Assembly: GCA_002399235.1 (NCBI GenBank) | Contig: DHDH01000001.1 | Span: forward strand, 97,366 to 161,365 | DNA from: Firmicutes bacterium UBA4881 | GTDB lineage: Bacteria; Bacillota; DTU065 | Direction: 5' to 3' | DNA: 64,000 bases | In this document: in pieces, positions 11,121 to 20,037 of the stretch | Layout: each line of letters opens with the position of its first letter | Numbering within the stretch: the first letter of the stretch is position 1 | Notes under the pieces: model-generated | The model's database searches: none | What the model was told of the DNA's origin: nothing | Seen by the model: the letters and a program-made list of their open reading frames with translations, nothing else | Program-made: the position numbers and the translations under genes

Positions 11121-11918
11121 TTGCTTGATCCTCACGAACTAAGTTTAACTCAGATAAAAACCTTATTGGAAGATTTAGTCAACCAAGAAGAGTTTCCACC
11201 AAAGCTTATCAAACTATTAAAAGAAGATGAGCGTGTAGGAACCCAAAAAATGCTCCTGACTTATTTACACAAACGAGAGTCTTTTGAACTAAAACGTAAG
11301 TATCTAAAGGAACTAGCAAACTTTGATAGAAGTTTTTCTTTAGAATTAGTCGGCATAGATGAAGCAGGTCGTGGACCTTTAGCTGGACCTGTAGTAGCTG
11401 CGGCTGTAAGGCTCGATCTAAGTAATATTAGTTGGGCGAAAGGGATTAATGATTCTAAAAAGTTAAGTCGCTCCGAGAGACAAAAACTTTTTAAATTAAT
11501 TAAAGAAAATGCTTTAGATATTGGTGTCGGAATAATTGATGCTCCTACTATCGACGAGATTAATATATTAGTAGCGACTCATCAGGCAATGCAACAAGCT
11601 ACTGAAAATTTAGCCCAACCAAATTTTCTTTTATTAGTAGATGGGTTACCTGTACCTCTCTTAGGGCCACGCCATGTTGCGGTTGTGCAAGGAGACGCTA
11701 AATCACTCTCAATTGCTGCTGCATCGATTATAGCTAAAGAGACAAGAGATTGTATTATGGAAAAATTAGACCAGGAATATCCTGGTTATGGTTTCGCGGA
11801 ACACAAGGGTTATGGAACAAAAGAACATATAAAAGCTTTAGAAACTCTGGGAATGTCTCCAGTACACAGAAAAAGCTTCCTAACTAGATTAACTTATAAA
11901 CAAGGTGCTTTATTTTAA
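11121..11918 (+). CDS. rnhB: Ribonuclease HII
   Basis: GIDEAGRGPLAGPVVAAAV is the catalytic motif. There is an N-terminal extension. The position after rbgA matches Bacillus. Confidence 0.9.
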   Translation: MLDPHELSLTQIKTLLEDLVNQEEFPPKLIKLLKEDERVGTQKMLLTYLHKRESFELKRKYLKELANFDRSFSLELVGIDEAGRGPLAGPVVAAAVRLDLSNISWAKGINDSKKLSRSERQKLFKLIKENALDIGVGIIDAPTIDEINILVATHQAMQQATENLAQPNFLLLVDGLPVPLLGPRHVAVVQGDAKSLSIAAASIIAKETRDCIMEKLDQEYPGYGFAEHKGYGTKEHIKALETLGMSPVHRKSFLTRLTYKQGALF

Positions 11919-11957
11919 TTCATTGTTAGCAATGTTTTTGGGAAGGAGGCAGGGTCA

Positions 11958-13007
11958 ATGCAACTAGTACGAGTCCAGCAATTAGCTGAAGGCATGATTT
12001 TAGCTAGAGATGTCTTTGATTATAATGGGCGCGTGCTTCTATACCAGGGAATGCCTCTAAAAAAAAGGTACATCGACCGGTTAAAAGAAATTGGACTTTT
12101 TGCTGTTTATATAGTCGATAATGAAAGCGATGATCGTTTTCTTTTCCCTTTCGGGAAAGAAGAGATAATTAAAGAAACATCAAAAGCCCTTGATGATATT
12201 ACTAATCAGAAAAGTGTTTGTACAGGTATTTTAAGAGAGAAGATCGCAGAATTAATCGAAGATATTATAACTAGAGAACCGATAGCAATTTTTTTATCCG
12301 AAATTAAAAACTTCGATAATTACACTAGTGAACACAGTTTCAATGTAGCGGTGTTGAGTATTCTAATTGGTCTAACTTTAGGATTAAAACGCAGCGAGAT
12401 GGTTGACTTAGGCGTAGGTGCCCTCCTTCATGATGTCGGTAAAATGCTTTTACCACGTTCATTAATTAACAAACCAGAAAAACTAAATACCTCTGAATGG
12501 GAACAAATCAAAAAGCACCCAGAAAATGGTTATAAGCTACTAGAAAAACATAAATTATCTATAAACACCTTATCGGTAATCAAAGAGCATCATGAAAGAA
12601 TAAATGGTACTGGCTATCCTTTGGGGTTAAAGTATAACCAGATTACTTTAAATGCTAAAATCGCTATGGTTGCAGACTCTTTTGATGCGATGTCTTCCAA
12701 TCGAGTGTATAGAAAAGGGGTAACTCCATATAAAGCGATTAAAGCAATTGAAACTATGAGCGGCCTTTATTTTGATGCTAAAGTAGTGGAAGCTTTCCTG
12801 TCTAACTTTGTACCATACCCAGTTGGTGCTGCAGTAAGATTAAGCGATGGCCAAATAGGGATTGTGATTGCAAGTGGAGCAGAAAAACAACCAGAGCCTG
12901 TTGTACAGGTTGTTTTCGATAAGTTAGGTAACATGACACACATCAAAGAAGTTATCCATCTTACTAAAGAAAAAGCGGTGCAAATAGTAGGGTTGGCTAG
13001 TTATTAA
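11958..13007 (+). CDS. HD-GYP domain phosphodiesterase (c-di-GMP hydrolase family)
   Basis: Metal-binding HD motifs (HSFNVAVL, GALLHDVGK, HHER..GTGYP) define an HD-GYP protein. Confidence 0.85.
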   Translation: MQLVRVQQLAEGMILARDVFDYNGRVLLYQGMPLKKRYIDRLKEIGLFAVYIVDNESDDRFLFPFGKEEIIKETSKALDDITNQKSVCTGILREKIAELIEDIITREPIAIFLSEIKNFDNYTSEHSFNVAVLSILIGLTLGLKRSEMVDLGVGALLHDVGKMLLPRSLINKPEKLNTSEWEQIKKHPENGYKLLEKHKLSINTLSVIKEHHERINGTGYPLGLKYNQITLNAKIAMVADSFDAMSSNRVYRKGVTPYKAIKAIETMSGLYFDAKVVEAFLSNFVPYPVGAAVRLSDGQIGIVIASGAEKQPEPVVQVVFDKLGNMTHIKEVIHLTKEKAVQIVGLASY

Positions 13008-13029
13008 AGCTAGCTAACCTTGCTTTTTA
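12991..13029 (+). terminator. Terminator overlapping the HD-GYP stop codon
   Basis: GGTTGGCTAG..CTAGCTAACC 10 bp stem (one G-T wobble) followed by a T-rich tail. Confidence 0.5.
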
Positions 13030-13659
13030 TCTGGTAATTTAGTTTAATTTAAATACCAAGTCATTTCGCAATAGTAGCTGATTAAAACGGTTTAAATCTA
13101 GGGAAAATTCATTTATTGGGAGTTTTTTAGGACCTGTTTTTTGCTATTCCTTCATTTTTGGCTAGTAAAAAAATGGAATAGACCTAATAGGCAAAAAAAT
13201 ATTACGTTTTGCATTATTTCTCTTGACTCCTAGTAGTAAGATCATGTATTCTATAAAATAAAACCTAAGTTATAAGGTTGCTGTTTGGTTGGCAGGCTTT
13301 TTAGTAGAGGTTAAGTATTAAGTAAACTAATAAATCTTACCGCAATAATTGGGTAAAAAGGTTTCAGACAGTGAATCTTATTAGTCTGTAGCCTTTTTTG
13401 GCTATTTTGAGGAAGATAAGAGAAGAGGTAGATAATTGGTTAATAAGAGTGATTTTAGTGTTAAAGTAGTTCTGACTATCATAGTATAGATAAACTTTCT
13501 CAATCAATTATCATACACTTGGTGTTAGCTAAAAAGTACTTCTAATTCATGCCAATACTTACTTAAATAGATTAAAGCTAATAGTACTTTCTGCAAAAGC
13601 AAAAAGCATACTCATGCGATGGTGACGAATAACGCAATGTATACACGGTACATGGTGTT

Positions 13660-13695
13660 TTTTCTTACCTTTTTTCAAAAAAATCTGCTAGAATA
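13660..13695 (+). promoter_or_regulatory. Candidate sigmaA promoter for the liv operon
   Basis: Extended -10 TGcTAGAAT at 13686-13694 with a weak -35 (TTACCT) about 18 bp upstream. It lies about 70 nt before the livJ start. Confidence 0.3.
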
Positions 13696-13766
13696 TGTCT
13701 AAATAGCAGGGAAACTGCTAGGCTTGTAGAATTAGAGAGAAACAATTGATAGGAGGACAGCATTAA

Positions 13767-14933
13767 ATGAAGAAAAAGGGACTTGTAGTTGCGATTGTTG
13801 CTGTTTTGGTTCTTACTGTTGTTGTCTATTTTGCTTTTTTTGCTGGCAAGAGCAAGCAAGCAAATACAAATGGTAAGGTAGTTAAGATTGGCTTTATTGG
13901 TCCTTTAACTGGAGGCGCTGCAGCCTATGGAATTAACGCTAAAAATGGTGCCGTAATTGCCATAGATGAAATCAATGCTGCTGGTGGCATTTTAGATGGT
14001 TACAAAATAGAATTGCTAATTCAAGATAACCGGGGAGATACCTCAGAAACCCTTACTATTATGAATAAACTCATAGATCAAGACAAAGTGGTGGCTATTA
14101 TTGGGCCAGTAACCACTGGTCCTACTACTGTAGCTGCAGACATTGCCGGACAGAAGAAAGTGCCTATAGTTTCTCCAACAGCTACTGGTGATAAAATTAC
14201 TTCCTTAAGCGATTATGTTACTCGTGTTTGCTTCTATGACTCTTACCAAGGTTTGATTATGGGTAAGTTTGCTGCCGATAATCTTGGCAAGAAGACAGCT
14301 GCTATTTTATTTGACAATACCAATGACTATTCTATGGGGTTAGCAGATGCTTTTGCTCGTACTTTCCAAGAGCTTGGCGGTACTGTTGTGTCTAATGAAG
14401 CTTTTAGTGAAGGTGACCAAGACTTTAACGCTCAATTAACTAACATTGCCGCTAAAAATCCCGAGGTAGTCTTTGTACCTGCTTACTATAGCGATGACGC
14501 ACAAATCCTTTTACAAGCTAGAGCCTTAGGAATTGATGCTATCTTCCTTGGTGGCGATGGCTGGGATTCACAAGAATTAATCAATGGTGCAGGTGTTGCT
14601 GCCGAAGGATGCTATTTCACTACTCACTATTCCCCAGAAGATACTTCCGAAAAAGTACAGAATTTCCTTATTAAATATAAAGAAAAGCATCAATCTGAAC
14701 CCAACTTCGCCGCTCCACTTGCTTATGACGCCGCTTTATTGTTAGCTGACGCTATCGAGCGTGCTGGAGAACTCGATTCTGTAAAAATTAATAACGCTAT
14801 TACTGAGACATCAGGCCTTTCTGGTGTTACTGGTGAGTTCAGCTTCGACGAAAATCGCAATCCAATCAAAGAAGTTACTATTGCAACAGTCAAAGATGGC
14901 AAATTCGCTTTAGTTGACAAAGTTCGTCCTTAA
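13767..14933 (+). CDS. Branched-chain amino acid ABC transporter substrate-binding protein (LivJ/K-like)
   Basis: N-terminal TM/signal anchor followed by a periplasmic-binding-protein type I fold (KIGFIGPLTGGAA...). It is followed by LivHMGF homologs. Confidence 0.85.
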   Translation: MKKKGLVVAIVAVLVLTVVVYFAFFAGKSKQANTNGKVVKIGFIGPLTGGAAAYGINAKNGAVIAIDEINAAGGILDGYKIELLIQDNRGDTSETLTIMNKLIDQDKVVAIIGPVTTGPTTVAADIAGQKKVPIVSPTATGDKITSLSDYVTRVCFYDSYQGLIMGKFAADNLGKKTAAILFDNTNDYSMGLADAFARTFQELGGTVVSNEAFSEGDQDFNAQLTNIAAKNPEVVFVPAYYSDDAQILLQARALGIDAIFLGGDGWDSQELINGAGVAAEGCYFTTHYSPEDTSEKVQNFLIKYKEKHQSEPNFAAPLAYDAALLLADAIERAGELDSVKINNAITETSGLSGVTGEFSFDENRNPIKEVTIATVKDGKFALVDKVRP

Positions 14934-14996
14934 TTAATTATTAAAGAGGGAGGCCTCGGCCTCCCTTTGTCTTTATCAGGAAGGAAGGTGTAGAGA

Positions 14997-15875
14997 GTGG
15001 GGCTCTTTGTGCAGCAGATCGTCAATGGCCTAGCCCTTGGCAGCATCTACGCCCTAATTGCGTTGGGATATACAATGGTCTATGGTATTATTCGTCTTAT
15101 TAACTTCGCTCATGGCGATATCTATATGATAGGTGCCTTTGTAGGTTATTTTGCTTTAACTACTTTCAATTTGCCTTTTGGAGTTAGTTTGGTTTTAGCC
15201 ATGTTAATACCAGCTATTTTAGGTATGCTAATTGAAAGAGTAGCATATAGACCACTTAGAAAATCACCTAGTATTGCAGTACTTATTACCGCTATTGGGG
15301 TATCATTGCTGATTGAAAATTTAGCAATACTTTGGTTTTCGCCTGATCCAAGACCATTTCCCCAAATATTTCCTAATATGCCACTGGATTTTTTTGGTAT
15401 AAAGATTTCCATACCACAAATTATTGTCTTTCTGACCTCAGTCGCTCTGATGATTGCTTTAAATTTCTTAGTGCAAAAAACTAAAATTGGCAAAGCGATG
15501 CGTGCGGTTAGTCAGGATAAAGAAGCAGCTAGCCTTATGGGCATTGACACTGATCGTATCATATCATTAACCTTTGCTATTGGTTCTGCTTTAGCAGGAG
15601 CTGCTGGTGTTATGGTTGGCGTTATTTACCCCCGCATTCAACCATTAATGGGGGTAATGCCAGGGTTGAAAGCTTTCGTGTCAGCTGTTTTGGGTGGGAT
15701 TGGTAGTATTCCTGGGGCTATGCTCGGCGGCTTAATTATGGGCCTTACAGAGAGTTTAGTTACAGCTTTAATCTCTTCTACTTGGCGTGATGCTATTGCT
15801 TTTGGTTTATTAATCGTCATATTGTTAGTTAAACCCTCTGGTATTTTAGGCAAATCAACTCGAGAGAAGGTGTAA
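14997..15875 (+). CDS. Branched-chain amino acid ABC transporter permease (LivH-like)
   Basis: Polytopic membrane protein with LivH-like motifs. Confidence 0.9.
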   Translation: MGLFVQQIVNGLALGSIYALIALGYTMVYGIIRLINFAHGDIYMIGAFVGYFALTTFNLPFGVSLVLAMLIPAILGMLIERVAYRPLRKSPSIAVLITAIGVSLLIENLAILWFSPDPRPFPQIFPNMPLDFFGIKISIPQIIVFLTSVALMIALNFLVQKTKIGKAMRAVSQDKEAASLMGIDTDRIISLTFAIGSALAGAAGVMVGVIYPRIQPLMGVMPGLKAFVSAVLGGIGSIPGAMLGGLIMGLTESLVTALISSTWRDAIAFGLLIVILLVKPSGILGKSTREKV

Positions 15876-15877
15876 GC

Positions 15878-16843
15878 ATGGCACAGCAAACAAAAAAGAA
15901 TTCAACTTATGATGGTTATATCGCTTTAGCAAGTGCCCTGCTTCTCTTAATACTCAATTTAATTCTAGTAAGTGGGAAAATGCCTGCTTATTATAGTGGT
16001 ATTTTGGGATTTATGGGAATCAATATCATTTTAGCAGTTTCTTTGAATCTCATTAATGGTATTGCTGGACAATTCTCCTTGGGGCATGCCGGCTTCATGG
16101 CTATAGGCGCGTATGTATCAGCTTTAATCTCTATCTATTTGCAGTGGCCCTTTATTGTTGCTCTACTCTGTGGCGGTTTAGCAGCAGCTTTTATTGGTAT
16201 CTTAATTGGTTTACCAACCTTGCGACTAAAAGGAGATTATTTAGCCATAGCTACCTTAGGACTTGGGGAGATTATTCGTGTTGTTATCTTGAATCTAGAC
16301 ATTACTAAGGGTGCTAGGGGTTTGACTGGCATACCTCGAACAACCACAATCTTTTGGGTCGAAGCTATTGCTATTATAACGGTTATAGTTACAATAAATC
16401 TTATGCGTTCAACCCATGGTAGAGCCCTTTTATCAATCAGAGAAGATGAGATTGCGGCAGAAGCCATGGGGATTAACACAACTTATTATAAAGTCTTTGC
16501 TTTTGCCACAGGAGCTTTTTTTGCTGGTATTGCTGGTGGGCTTTTTGCTCACATAATGGGTTACATCGCTCCTAAGAACTTTGATTTTATGCGCTCCATT
16601 GAGATTCTAGTTATTGTTGTTCTTGGCGGTCTTGGCTCTATAACAGGCTCAATTGTGGCGACAATTGTTTTAACAGTTTTACCAGAAGCTTTAAGAGGAT
16701 TTGCTCAATATAGAATGGTGTTATATTCGGCCATGCTAATAATGATGATGCTTTTCAGGCCACAGGGGTTATTGGGTACTAGAGAACTTAAAGTTTCCGA
16801 TGTATTTAAGTTCTTTAGTGGCGGAGGTGAAAGAGATGACTGA
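15878..16843 (+). CDS. Branched-chain amino acid ABC transporter permease (LivM-like)
   Basis: Polytopic membrane protein, second permease in the operon. Confidence 0.9.
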   Translation: MAQQTKKNSTYDGYIALASALLLLILNLILVSGKMPAYYSGILGFMGINIILAVSLNLINGIAGQFSLGHAGFMAIGAYVSALISIYLQWPFIVALLCGGLAAAFIGILIGLPTLRLKGDYLAIATLGLGEIIRVVILNLDITKGARGLTGIPRTTTIFWVEAIAIITVIVTINLMRSTHGRALLSIREDEIAAEAMGINTTYYKVFAFATGAFFAGIAGGLFAHIMGYIAPKNFDFMRSIEILVIVVLGGLGSITGSIVATIVLTVLPEALRGFAQYRMVLYSAMLIMMMLFRPQGLLGTRELKVSDVFKFFSGGGERDD

Positions 16844-17624
16844 GAATCAAAATATCCTAGAAGCTAACAGCTTGACTATGAGTTTTGGTGGTCTAACAGC
16901 TGTAGCAAATCTCAGTTTTTGCCTTCGAAAAGGAGAATTAGTTGGTTTAATCGGTCCAAATGGTGCAGGGAAAACTACGGTATTCAATATGCTAACGGGA
17001 GTCTATGCTCCTACGGAAGGAAGCATCTTATTAAACCAAGGAGACAAAAAACAAGCTATTTCAGGACTACCTCCCTATAAGATTACCCAAAAGGGGATTG
17101 CTAGGACCTTTCAAAATATACGTCTCTTTAACAAATTGAGTGTTTTAGATAATGTACGTATTGCTTTTCACTTTAGTCGTAGTTATTCCATGTTTCATTC
17201 CTTTTTTCTCACACCTTTATTCTGGCGTGAAGAGAAAAAAATTACCGCTGATGCAACTGAACTTTTAGCACTTCTTAGATTAGAAGAAAGAAAAAATGAC
17301 TTAGCGAAAAACCTTTCTTATGGTGAGATGCGTCGTTTAGAAATTGCTCGTGCCTTAGCAACTCACCCTCAAATTTTGCTTCTAGATGAACCTGCTGCGG
17401 GTATGAATCCCCAGGAGACAGAAGAATTAAGCGAGTTAATTAATTTAATTAGAGAAAAATTTAGTCTAACTATTTTGTTAATAGAACACGATATGAGTCT
17501 AGTGATGAAACTATGCGAAAAAATTATGGTTCTAGACTACGGAATGATGATTGCTAGTGGAACACCCGAAGAAATTTGCCATAGCAAAAGAGTCATTGAA
17601 GCATACTTGGGAGAGGAGGTATAA
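16836..17624 (+). CDS. Branched-chain amino acid ABC transporter ATP-binding protein (LivG-like)
   Basis: Walker A GPNGAGKTT, ABC signature LSYGEMRRLEIARAL, Walker B LLLDEPAAG. Start set at ATG 16836, which follows a GGAGGTG RBS. Confidence 0.9.
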   Translation: MTENQNILEANSLTMSFGGLTAVANLSFCLRKGELVGLIGPNGAGKTTVFNMLTGVYAPTEGSILLNQGDKKQAISGLPPYKITQKGIARTFQNIRLFNKLSVLDNVRIAFHFSRSYSMFHSFFLTPLFWREEKKITADATELLALLRLEERKNDLAKNLSYGEMRRLEIARALATHPQILLLDEPAAGMNPQETEELSELINLIREKFSLTILLIEHDMSLVMKLCEKIMVLDYGMMIASGTPEEICHSKRVIEAYLGEEV

Positions 17625-17627
17625 GTC

Positions 17628-18332
17628 ATGCTGGAAGTCAAAAACCTCCACGTCTATTATGGCCAGATTCATGCTATAAAAGGGGTCTCCTTTACGGTGA
17701 AAAAAGGAGAAGTTGTTACATTAATTGGTGCTAATGGCGCAGGTAAAACCACTACTTTAAAAACAATTTCCGGTTTACTTCCTTATAAAGAAGGGGAGAT
17801 TCACTATAAAGGAGAAAACTTGTCTGGAGCCAAAGCACACAACCTAGTTGGAAAAGGGCTTATTCAAGTACCAGAAGGTAGGCATGTTTTTCCTAACATG
17901 ACTGTACAGGAAAACTTGGATTTAGGTGCCTACCTGCGTAAGGATAAAAAAGCTCTCGCTGGTGAATTAGAGAAGGTTTTCTCACTTTTTCCCCGTCTCA
18001 AAGAGAGAAAACAACAATATGCTGGCACCTTATCAGGTGGCGAACAACAAATGTTAGCGATGGGTCGCGCTTTAATGAGTGGCCCAGAACTATTACTGTT
18101 AGATGAACCTTCTATGGGACTGGCACCTTTATTAGTTAGAGAGATATTTACCATTGTTACCGAAATTAACAAAACAGGTGTCACCATTTTGCTGGTAGAG
18201 CAGAATGCTAATATGGCGCTTTCAATTGCTCACCGTGGTTATGTGATTGAGACTGGCCGTGTTGTTTTAGAAGGTGATGCGCAAAGCCTAGCTACCAATG
18301 AGGCAGTGCGTAAGGCTTATCTTGGAGGATAG
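17628..18332 (+). CDS. Branched-chain amino acid ABC transporter ATP-binding protein (LivF-like)
   Basis: Walker A GANGAGKTT, signature LSGGEQQMLAMGRAL, Walker B LLLDEPS. Confidence 0.9.
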   Translation: MLEVKNLHVYYGQIHAIKGVSFTVKKGEVVTLIGANGAGKTTTLKTISGLLPYKEGEIHYKGENLSGAKAHNLVGKGLIQVPEGRHVFPNMTVQENLDLGAYLRKDKKALAGELEKVFSLFPRLKERKQQYAGTLSGGEQQMLAMGRALMSGPELLLLDEPSMGLAPLLVREIFTIVTEINKTGVTILLVEQNANMALSIAHRGYVIETGRVVLEGDAQSLATNEAVRKAYLGG

Positions 18333-18346
18333 GGAGGAGATCGGTT

Positions 18347-18991
18347 ATGTTTGTTAAGCAGATTATGAGTGCTAACCCTATTACCATATCCCCAGATGCA
18401 GGCATTTTAGAAGCTGCTAACCTAATGAGGGAAAAAAAGATACGTAGGCTACCAGTAGTAAAAGGTGACAAAGTAGTTGGTATTGTAACAGAGATGGACA
18501 TTCTTAAAGTTCAGCCATCTCAAGCTACAACATTAAGTGTTTTTGAAGTAAATTATATTTTAGCTAAGATGAAAGTTAGCGATGTGATGGCGAAAAAACT
18601 ACTAACTGTGCAAGCAGAAGCAACACTAGAAGAAGCTGCACTTATTATGAGAGAAAATGAAGTCGGTGGTTTACCAGTAGTCTCTGGTAATAAATTAGTT
18701 GGTGTAATTACCGAAAGTAATATTTTTGATGCCTTTATTGATCTTCTGGGCTTAAAAAGAGCTGGTACTAGACTAACTATTGAAGTAGATGATAGGCCGG
18801 GGATTTTGCGGGATATAGGTGAAATTACAGCTAAGCATAATGTAAATGTAAGTAGTTTTGCTGCTTATTATCCAGAAGAAAAGAAGTCGATCTTAGTAGT
18901 TAGATTAGAAACAACTCAAGTGGACAAGATATGTGCTGATATTAAAGCTCATGGTTTTAATATTACTCATATCGCTCATTACGGTAAATAA
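18347..18991 (+). CDS. CBS-pair plus ACT domain protein (AcuB-like)
   Basis: Two CBS motifs (IRRLPVV, VGGLPVV) and a C-terminal ACT-like fold. Confidence 0.7.
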   Translation: MFVKQIMSANPITISPDAGILEAANLMREKKIRRLPVVKGDKVVGIVTEMDILKVQPSQATTLSVFEVNYILAKMKVSDVMAKKLLTVQAEATLEEAALIMRENEVGGLPVVSGNKLVGVITESNIFDAFIDLLGLKRAGTRLTIEVDDRPGILRDIGEITAKHNVNVSSFAAYYPEEKKSILVVRLETTQVDKICADIKAHGFNITHIAHYGK

Positions 18992-19050
18992 TAGCTGTAT
19001 AAATAATGCTAACTATGTCTATCCTAATTCTGCTGAAAGGGGCTAGGAAG

Positions 19051-19269
19051 ATGGACATAGGCAAGACACAGGTCTATCGCTGTCCAGTTTGCCGCACTGA
19101 CACCAGCCACTCAGTACGCAATCGGCGGGGTAGTTTATACGGCGTTGTCTGCAATCGTTGCAAGACAGCTTCTTTGGTACGCAAAGATGATCTGTTGTTC
19201 TATCAAGATCTCTGGGAAGATGAAGTTAAAGCAATTCTCATGAGTTTAGAAAATCCTGAGGACAAATAA
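19051..19269 (+). CDS. Small zinc-ribbon protein (CxxC...CxxC)
   Basis: CPVCR...CNRCK pairs of cysteines. ATG 19051 has an AAAGGGG RBS; the ORF-track start 19006 is a less likely extension. Confidence 0.4.
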   Translation: MDIGKTQVYRCPVCRTDTSHSVRNRRGSLYGVVCNRCKTASLVRKDDLLFYQDLWEDEVKAILMSLENPEDK

Positions 19270-19270
19270 A

Positions 19271-19299
19271 CCCTAGGCAGTCAAACTGCCTAGGGTTTT
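19271..19299 (+). terminator. Rho-independent terminator
   Basis: CCCTAGGCAG-tcaaa-CTGCCTAGGG 10 bp perfect stem followed by TTTTG. Confidence 0.8.
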
Positions 19300-19543
19300 G
19301 CTTTGGCTAGACAGAAAAGCTTATTTAAGATATGCTTTTCACTAGGTTAAATGGCCAGTTTTGCCACTGAATTTAAGCAGGTTAATTAAAAGAAACAGAC
19401 AATACTATAGTAATTGCTATTTACCAAGAAAAAGTTCTTTACAAGGGAGCTATTTATAACGACAATAGTAAAGTGGCATTGTATACAATTAGTTTCAGAT
19501 TCTTCTTTTGACGGTAAAAAGAGATAAATAGAAACGAAATTAA

Positions 19544-20020
19544 TTGGAAAAGAGGCTAAAGACGATGGATGATAAATTAGCAGCAGTTTTAGCTGAAATG
19601 ATTAAAAGCTTGCTTAATGGTGACAATGAATATCCCGAAGAAGCAAATATGATAGCCCGAGCAGTTCAACTAGGCATAGACCGAAACGAATTGGATATTA
19701 TAGGTTCGTTAGTATTTCCTGAACAAACAGACGAAGGTCAACCGTATAGGTGTGAAGAAATAAATGGTAAGCGTGTTTTTTCTAAAAAAGAACAAATACT
19801 TCTTGGTAAGGATAAGATCAATACTTTGCTCTATTTAAATAATCATGGTATAATCTCCGGCGCAGAGCTTGATGCTATTTTAGTATTTGCCGAAGGATTA
19901 GCTACAGATCCTAGGGAGGAAGACTATCTTATGAAAGCACTTAATATTGTTCTAACTGACAAAGTTAGGGCTGACTTCCTAACTGGGGTAATTGAAGGTG
20001 CTAAGGAACTTGTTAACTGA
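19544..20020 (+). CDS. Hypothetical acidic protein upstream of topA
   Basis: 158 aa with no recognisable motif. It occupies the position usually held by dprA/smg-type genes upstream of topA. Confidence 0.4.
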   Translation: MEKRLKTMDDKLAAVLAEMIKSLLNGDNEYPEEANMIARAVQLGIDRNELDIIGSLVFPEQTDEGQPYRCEEINGKRVFSKKEQILLGKDKINTLLYLNNHGIISGAELDAILVFAEGLATDPREEDYLMKALNIVLTDKVRADFLTGVIEGAKELVN

Positions 20021-20037
20021 GAAAGGACTGAGCCAAG

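Noticed and set aside
19313-19339. Second perfect hairpin (GAAAAGC..GCTTTTC) right after the 19271 terminator
   Set aside because: It has no T-run and no adjacent gene on either strand that would use it. Probably incidental structure or part of a tandem terminator, with not enough evidence to call it.
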